Made by a program: the position numbers and the translations under genes. Of a stretch of 64,000 bases of DNA, positions 56,036 through 64,000 are shown in pieces. This DNA is from Eledone cirrhosa (taxonomy: Eukaryota), in NCBI GenBank assembly GCA_964016885.1, contig OZ024749.1, positions 23,374,001-23,438,000 on the forward strand. Direction: 5' to 3'. The number at the start of each line of letters is the position of its first letter. Position 1 is the stretch's first letter. The notes under the pieces were generated by a model. That model searched no databases. It had not been told where the DNA came from and saw only the letters and a list, made by a program, of their open reading frames with translations.

Positions 56036-56721
56036 GGGAAGAAAACGTACATGGTGGATATATATCGTTATGGAATCGATCCCGTAAGTTTTTGATTTTT
56101 ACTTATTTAAAACAACTGTGATAGAATAATTCTTATTACAAATGAAATATAAGATTACAGTTTTTTACTCTCAGCAAGCGACAATGCATCACATTATGGC
56201 ATAGGGCCCCAATATTTATATTTAATTTTGGATCAGAAATATTATAGTCGAAAAATAGAAAATGGCTAAGTGGACAGACAGGCAAATAATTTCACCAGCA
56301 ACACCACCACCGCCACCATCACCACTACCACGCCAAAAAACTAGTCAAGTTACTTCAACTTCTATTTCTACTTCAGCTTCAACACCACCACTACAGTACT
56401 ACGATCACATCACCACCACCACTGCCTCATTATCGCTACCGCCGCTATTCTCTCCCACTACCTCCTGCTAAGTACTACTAGCACATCACCACCTCTGCCT
56501 CATTATCGCTACCGCCGCTATTCTCTCCCACTACCTCTTGCTAAGACAGGCATCGTAGTAAATGAGGAAGGCATCAAACGATATAAATAGAATGATTTTA
56601 TGACCCGGTCAAAAAATCAAAAAATCAAAAATCAAAATCAAAACAGCACAGCAGCAACAAAAAACGAAGAGAAAAGAAAAAAGAAAAGAAAACCAAACAG
56701 ACAGACAAGCAAAAATACTGA

Positions 56722-58397
56722 TTTGGGAGGCGTGAGGATCAAGACAGGTATCTTCCAGGGAGATAGTTTGTCCCCTTTGTTGTTTGTCCTTGCCCTGATC
56801 CCCCTGACCATTGTACTGCGAAAAGTGAGAGCAGGATACAAGTTGGGAAAGGGAGAGCTTACCATCAATCACCTCCTATTCATGGACGATCTTAAGCTCT
56901 TCGGCAAGAGTGAGAGGGAGTTGGATGTGCTTGTTGACACTGTCCGTCTTTTCAGCAACGATATATGTATGCAATTTGGTATTAGTAAGTGTGAAGTCCT
57001 TGCGATGAAGAGAGGTAAATTGAACAGAAACAACGGAATCCAGATACCAACATTTGAGAAGATAAAGGAAATTGATACTGAAGAGGGATAGAAGTATTTA
57101 GGTGTTCTGGAGGCTGATGACATCAAGAACAAAACAATGAAGGAAATGATAAGATCTGAATACATTCGGAGAGTAAGGAGCGTATTAAAGTGACATCTGA
57201 ACAGTAGGAATGCCATAAGTGCAGTAAATTCCCGAGCTGTGTCTATTATTAGATACAGTGCGGGAATTCTGAGATGGAATGTTGCTGAACAAAAAGAAAT
57301 GGATAGGAAGACTAGGAAGCTATTGACTATCTACAACATGTTCCACAAGAGGAGTGATGTCGATAGACTCTACTTAAGGAGATCTGAAGGTGGAAGAGGT
57401 CTTATCAGCATTGAAGACTGTTCAGATGGAGAAAAACAACCTACACAAATACGTGACTGATAGTAGGGATCCAATGCTCAGAATTTTCCTGAAGAAGAGG
57501 ACAATAGACCAGGGGATGTCCAAGGAGGAAACAACAACAAGGAGAAAGAGAAACCTTCATGAACAATCCCTTCATAGTACCTTCTTTGATAAAACTAAAT
57601 TTAGAGATCCACAAATATGGAACTGGTTGAAAAGAGGAGACCTTAAAAAGGCTACAGAAGGAATGCTAATGGCTGCGCAAGAGCAGGCCCTCAAAACGAA
57701 GTGGCTGAAACACCATATTTACAAGGAGGAGGCTAGCTGACTGTGTAGGATCTGTGGAGAGAAAGAGAGGAGACTGTGGCTCACATTGTATCCGAGTGTA
57801 AACACCTAGCTCAGACTCACTATAAAGGCTGGAGACATGATGTGATGGGCAGGGTGATCCACTGGCACCTATGCAAAGTAAACAATTTACCACATTCTGA
57901 GAAGTGGTATGAGCATAAGCCAGAGTCGGTGATAGAAAACGATCAGGTGAAGGTGCCCGTGGGATTTTAGGATACAGACGGACAAGAAACTGGAACACAA
58001 TAGACCTGACCTGGTGGTTTTGGACAAAGAAAAAAAGATCGTGCCTGATTGTGGATGTGGCCTGCCCATTTAACACGAGAGTGCAAGAGAAGGAGAGGGA
58101 GAAAATTGACCGATACCAGGACTTAAAGTGGGAGGTAAAAAGGATTTGGAACTAGCATGAAGTTGAAGTGATCCCGATTGTCATAGGCGTACTATGTACA
58201 ATCTCAAAGATTTTCCAAGGATGGTTAAAGAAAATTGGTCCCGCCCCGCTTTTTGGAACACTTCAAAAGGCATGCTTGCTGGGAACAGCAAGAACCCTCC
58301 GATACGTCCTGAATATCTGAGGCTGCAGGTAGTGGCCTAATATTCATTTCAACAAACTGTTCAGTTAACTAACATCAATGACTGAGACTCAAAGAAC
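56722..58397 (+). mobile_element. Dong family A 3' half with long (TAA)n tail
   Basis: GIFQGDSLSP, LFMDDLKL, CCHC and endonuclease with stops; (TAA)n at 58398-58487. Confidence 0.9.
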
Positions 58398-58488
<91 letters not shown>

Positions 58489-58790
58489 ATATGGCAAAAA
58501 ATATATTATGTTTACTGAAATCTGATAAGGTAACATAGGAATAACGTATTGATATGTTATTCATATATTATCATTTGTTATCCGTTATACTTGGTTATAG
58601 ACAATTTCATCCAATTGTTTTTCTAGTTTTCATATCTCTCAAGCCCTCTCCATTTCCTTCTTCCCCACGTTCTCCCTCACTCATTTTATATATATGTATG
58701 TATGTAAGAATGCGTGTATGCATGTACGTATATATATATATATATACATATATATGTATATATATACATATATATGTATATATATTCATA

Positions 58791-58831
<41 letters not shown>

Positions 58832-58876
58832 TATATATATAACTATGTACTTCTATATCTATTCATCGATCATTTA

Positions 58877-58907
<31 letters not shown>

Positions 58908-59144
58908 CGTCTACATGTACACTCACAGACATACACACACATACTCACAAATATATTTATATGTATACATGGAATGTTATACAGATAAAACGCCTTCGTA
59001 TTACTCAATTAAAAGGTTAAAGGAACATTTCTAAGTCCTCATCACCGGACACGCGATGAGTTATGATTTTCCATCCACGGCATCATTCTCCATAACTATA
59101 TCTCTCTAAATATAACGTATAGACACATACACACACATACACAC

Positions 59145-59211
<67 letters not shown>

Positions 59212-59540
59212 GATATAGTTTTTTCTTCAAACTGTTCCCTTTCCTTAGTAATTATCTTAACAGAATCGATCTGGTATAAACGACCTCCACAGCGCCATAT
59301 TTTCTGATATCATGCCTCCATTTTAAATCGAAGTTTCTGAAACAAGATCTTATCGAAATTAAACGGAAAATCAGAACACAGGGACGACTGCATAAAATAC
59401 GTACACATACAGACACACATACACACACACACACACGCGCGCACACACACATGCACAGTTAGAGAGAGAGAGTGACAGAGATAGAGAGGAGCATATAAAT
59501 CAACTGCACATTGTATCGAGGAAACAGTAAATTATACAAC

Positions 59541-59603
<63 letters not shown>

Positions 59604-59952
59604 TATATATGTATATATATATATATATATATAAATACCACACATACATTTGCAGATATACAGGGATTAGTAACAACAAAGAAGCAACATGCATGTAGTA
59701 CAAAACTATGATTATAATAGGGAAAGAAAACAATAAAAAATATAAACAATAATAAAAGTGTAGAGTGTACATGGTGCTGAACACTCAGTTTTTATCCAAT
59801 TCAAATTTAATGCCGATATGACGTGACAAAATTGGCAATAACCTCTCCATGAAACAATACGGTTTTTTAATACTTTCTTTCATTCCAATAACAACGCCAT
59901 TTTACTACAAATAACATCGTTGAAAATGAAACTAAATATGCGAGCAGACAAA

Positions 59953-59989
<37 letters not shown>

Positions 59990-59995
59990 CATATA

Positions 59996-60042
<47 letters not shown>

Positions 60043-60124
60043 ATGTTCACATACATACGTACATACATACATATGTACATATATAAATGCATACAGAAAT
60101 ACAGACATTCATACATACATACAC

Positions 60125-60170
<46 letters not shown>

Positions 60171-60276
60171 CATAATCAATGTTAGAGCGTTATGCCTGTC
60201 TGTAAGGTTTATGCATGTATATAATGGTATAAACATCTCTCCCCTGTTCTCTCTCTCTCCTTCTCTCTCTCTCTCT

Positions 60277-60328
<52 letters not shown>

Positions 60329-60481
60329 CATATACAAATGTATATATTTATGTATGCATGCATGTTTTTATATATGTATGTATGTATGTATATATGTATA
60401 TATGCGGGTATGAATCTATTTATACATTCATGTAATTATGCATGGATAAACAGCGAGAAAGAAAAAGACAGATACAGATAT

Positions 60482-60587
<106 letters not shown>

Positions 60588-60806
60588 CGAGAGAGAGAGG
60601 AGGGGGTACAAAGATGAAGAGAGTTGTAGGGAAATCGAAGGAAATGTTATGCAATCACAATCTGTTTCCATTATCTGATGTAAATAGATAGAAAAAGAAA
60701 TACATATAAACCCATGGACACTTAAATATACTCATACAAATACATACATACATATATACATATACACATACATATATACATGTACATATACATATATATA
60801 TATATG

Positions 60807-60840
<34 letters not shown>

Positions 60841-60890
60841 TATATATAAATATATATATATGCATAAATATATATATATATTTATATATA

Positions 60891-60998
<108 letters not shown>

Positions 60999-61068
60999 CA
61001 TATATATACAGATAGATAGAGATAGAGATAGAGAGAACATATATGCATGAATGTATATATGCACACAC

Positions 61069-61154
<86 letters not shown>

Positions 61155-61359
61155 TATATACATATACATGCGCATGTATATGCGTATATTATAGCAAGCC
61201 GTCAATGTGTAAGGACTCATAAATCTTTTCTTTATTATATATGTTTCCATAATCTTTGGTTACGTCAGCCTAACAGAAGGGAGCAAATTGAAACATTCGT
61301 TTGTTATATGGCCCGGCTGCGCATATCTTTCCTGATTAAAAACCTGTCCATCACACCTA

Positions 61360-61860
61360 CAATTTTGTATTTAATTTGCTTTTTATTTTAATATGCCTCT
61401 GCTAATCTCCCGTATTACTGTTATATTTCAGCCCCACTAACCATGCCCATCACTTGAATTTATTTTTATTTTACTATTGTTTGCCAAACGACCTATGCGT
61501 CTTACAGATTCCACCATTGCACCTACAAACTTATGTTTAATTAGGTTTTTATTTTAATATGTTCTTGCTAATCTCTCGTGTTACTATTTGCTTTCACCAT
61601 TACTAGAATTATTTTTATTTTAGTATGCTTTTGCAAACGATCTATGTCTCTCACCGAGTCCGCCATCATTTACCGCTAACAATTGCTACCACCATAACTC
61701 TTTTTATTTTAACATCTTCCTGTAAACGACCTGTATTTTGATATGTTTCAACCACTATTCACCAATGCCATAAATTGAATAATTTTTATTTGTATTTTAA
61801 TATGTTCCTGCAAATGATCTGCATTTCTATATGTTTCTCCCAACACTAACCGCCATTAAC
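61360..61860 (+). repeat. Degenerate AT-rich tandem repeat
   Basis: Recurrent ttttattttaatatg..tgc(t/a)aa and aaacga(c/t)ct motifs. Confidence 0.5.
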
Positions 61861-62545
61861 CACCGACTTCCTCAAAACTATCTGCTTCCTGGAATTTATA
61901 TAATCACAATTAAACCTGTTACGTATTATATTTCCTCACTAACACACTCATACACCTATCTGAAGCTGAGCTGTTCGACTATATGCCACCATACTCCTAC
62001 GCCACCAGCACACATACCCAACCCTCATTCGCATATATTTTGTTTTTATTCCTCAGCATGATTTCAAGATTGCTGCAGCTTAAAATGTAATACTAGCGGT
62101 ACTTCATTACCCCCCTTTTACTTTCTAAGTCAAACACCCGCCGGGTGGTGCAGTCAAATTTTCATTATTGTTTTTATTCGTTACTTTATAAAATCGATAA
62201 AATAACGTACCAGTCTAGAACGTGATCCGAGTTTGTGAACTCAAATTCTTGCACATACTTACACACAACGATATGTAAATATTATTATTCACTAGCCAGG
62301 TGGCAGGATCGATAGAGCTTCGCAATTAATTTCATACTGAATCAACTTACAGAGTATCTTTCAATTTTAAGTTAAATTCCCAGTGGGGTAGATCAACTTT
62401 GCTTTACAGTCTTAATATGATCGATGATATAAGACCCATATTGTATAAAAATCACAGTAATTGAAGCAATTGTTTACCAAATTGGGTTCCGAGGAAATCC
62501 AAGCTACGGGGAACAGTTCTCAGGGTAAAAAAATTCCCTAAAAGA

Positions 62546-62627
62546 TTCTTCTTCTTCTTCTTCTTCTTCTTCTTCTTCTTCTTCTTCTTCTTCTTCTTCT
62601 TCTTCTTCTTCTTCTTCTTCTTCTTCT
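62546..62627 (+). repeat. (TTC)n microsatellite
   Basis: Direct reading. Confidence 0.97.
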
Positions 62628-63273
62628 CCCCCCCCCCCCTCGTCCTCATATTCCTCCTCCCCTTCTCCTCCTCCTCTTTCTCCTATCAGAAGCAGCCTTC
62701 CCCAGTAGGTAAATCTGCAATCTCAAGTGACACCAACTGAGCTCATCTTGTTTATTGTCTCTATAAGGGTCGAATGCCGATTGGTTTGCTCGTCAAATCT
62801 GTTTAGTGATTATTTCCTTAGACATTGCAATAGATTCCTGGTGATGCATTGTACGAATTTATTTCACGCTGTCTCAGAGAACTCAGCTGAAAGAAACGAA
62901 ATGAACTGTGTTTGTAATTCAACCAGTCAGATTTGTTGCATTCTCGATCATGGAGAATCTATCTGAGAACTAATATAAGTTTGGAACACAAGTATATTTA
63001 TTCGTTATTTTCATATTGGTCAACTAGAACCTTCATCGTAGTAACCGACGGAGATCTACAGAAAGACAATGGATAAATAGTGTATCAAATATTACGACAC
63101 GTGTCTACTTATTCAGGCTGATTCGCATTGGCTTCTAATTGCAATTGACATTAATTATAGAACACAAATCATAATGTGGACACGTACTTGAAACGAGGCT
63201 TTCCTCAGACAATAACATCAATGGGAAGACACTAACAATGTCTAGTGAATGTAGAATATACTTCAGAAACACA

Positions 63274-63317
<44 letters not shown>

Positions 63318-63359
63318 ATATATATGTTTGTGTGTGTGTGTATGTATCTGTGTACACAC

Positions 63360-63390
<31 letters not shown>

Positions 63391-63397
63391 TATATAT

Positions 63398-64000
63398 GGT
63401 GGCTGCCAACTCGTTTTCGAGTACGGCCACTACTGTATATCCATGTAGGAGAACCCCTACCGATGCGCTGAACGAGTGTGACTTTTTAGTCCAGCCAGCG
63501 ACTTGAAAACTCTGGTACAAACACTACACTTGTGACAATTATTGACACATAGTGCTGGGCCCATGGTACCATGTGACGACAAGTGCAGAGAGATCTCCAG
63601 ATATAAAGCAATGCTGTGCCGTGAAGCTTTTATAGTGAGCAAAGGCACTGCACAAAGCTAGTCCCACTCTCTTGACCAAGATGATATTTACAAAAAAAAA
63701 GAACAAGTCAACATCATTGGTACCATCAGAGTTGCAGGTGTTATATCAGAGTTTTCCTTCTCCTAGAATTCTGCCTTGACAAAGGCTAAGGGGTCATCTC
63801 TCCCGGTGATTTTGGATGGCCATTGACTCTTAAGAGCTCCTTTGCATTTTGACAGGTTTTGTTTTTAGTGCTGCAGGTTGTCCAAAGTCACCCTCCTCTC
63901 CAAGAAACCTTGGTGGGGTTGCCAGTTTAGTCGCCAACGACCCGACCAGGAGACAGGTTGTACTGGGATACATGTTACCAGTAGCACCAACTGGTGACCT
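63398..64000 (-). mobile_element. RTE/BovB-like non-autonomous remnant (5' region joined to the 3' zinc-finger end), running off the window
   Basis: Minus strand has ctaggagaaggaaaactctg (RTE 5'-region motif) about 250 bp from CSVCTRVFKSLAGLKSHTRSAH; 3' end at (TA)n. Confidence 0.6.

Noticed and set aside
62295-62440. Possible highly decayed SINE
   Set aside because: Only scattered short matches to the SINE; too weak to call

Overview
AT-rich eukaryotic intergenic or intronic DNA with no host gene I can support. It is probably from an octopod cephalopod (inferred from a Nin-domain tRNA-SINE, R4/Dong LINEs and very dense (TA)n tracts). The window is a mosaic of retroelements sorted by microsatellite target. 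(1) In (TA)n: Penelope-like elements (Neptune-like and Hydra-like RT/GIY-YIG remnants), RTE LINEs and many short head-to-head palindromic inserts. (2) In (TAA)n: three R4/Dong families (RT plus restriction-like endonuclease), antisense L1/Tx1-like LINEs and SINEs. The standout is 31305-35522, a non-coding 469-bp unit repeated about 6 times forward and about 3 times inverted, bounded by (TA)n. Every unit carries a complete type I hammerhead ribozyme (AATATTG-CUGAUGA-GUUGU aaca ACAAC-GAAA-CUAG-UU/CAAUAUU). This is a candidate non-LTR retrozyme (circular RNA) array with Penelope-type insertion geometry. Reading by eye also finds hammerhead or hammerhead-like motifs of about 10 unrelated families elsewhere, often pointing outward from palindrome centres toward flanking (TA)n. 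All folds were read by eye; ribozyme activity and novelty are untested.
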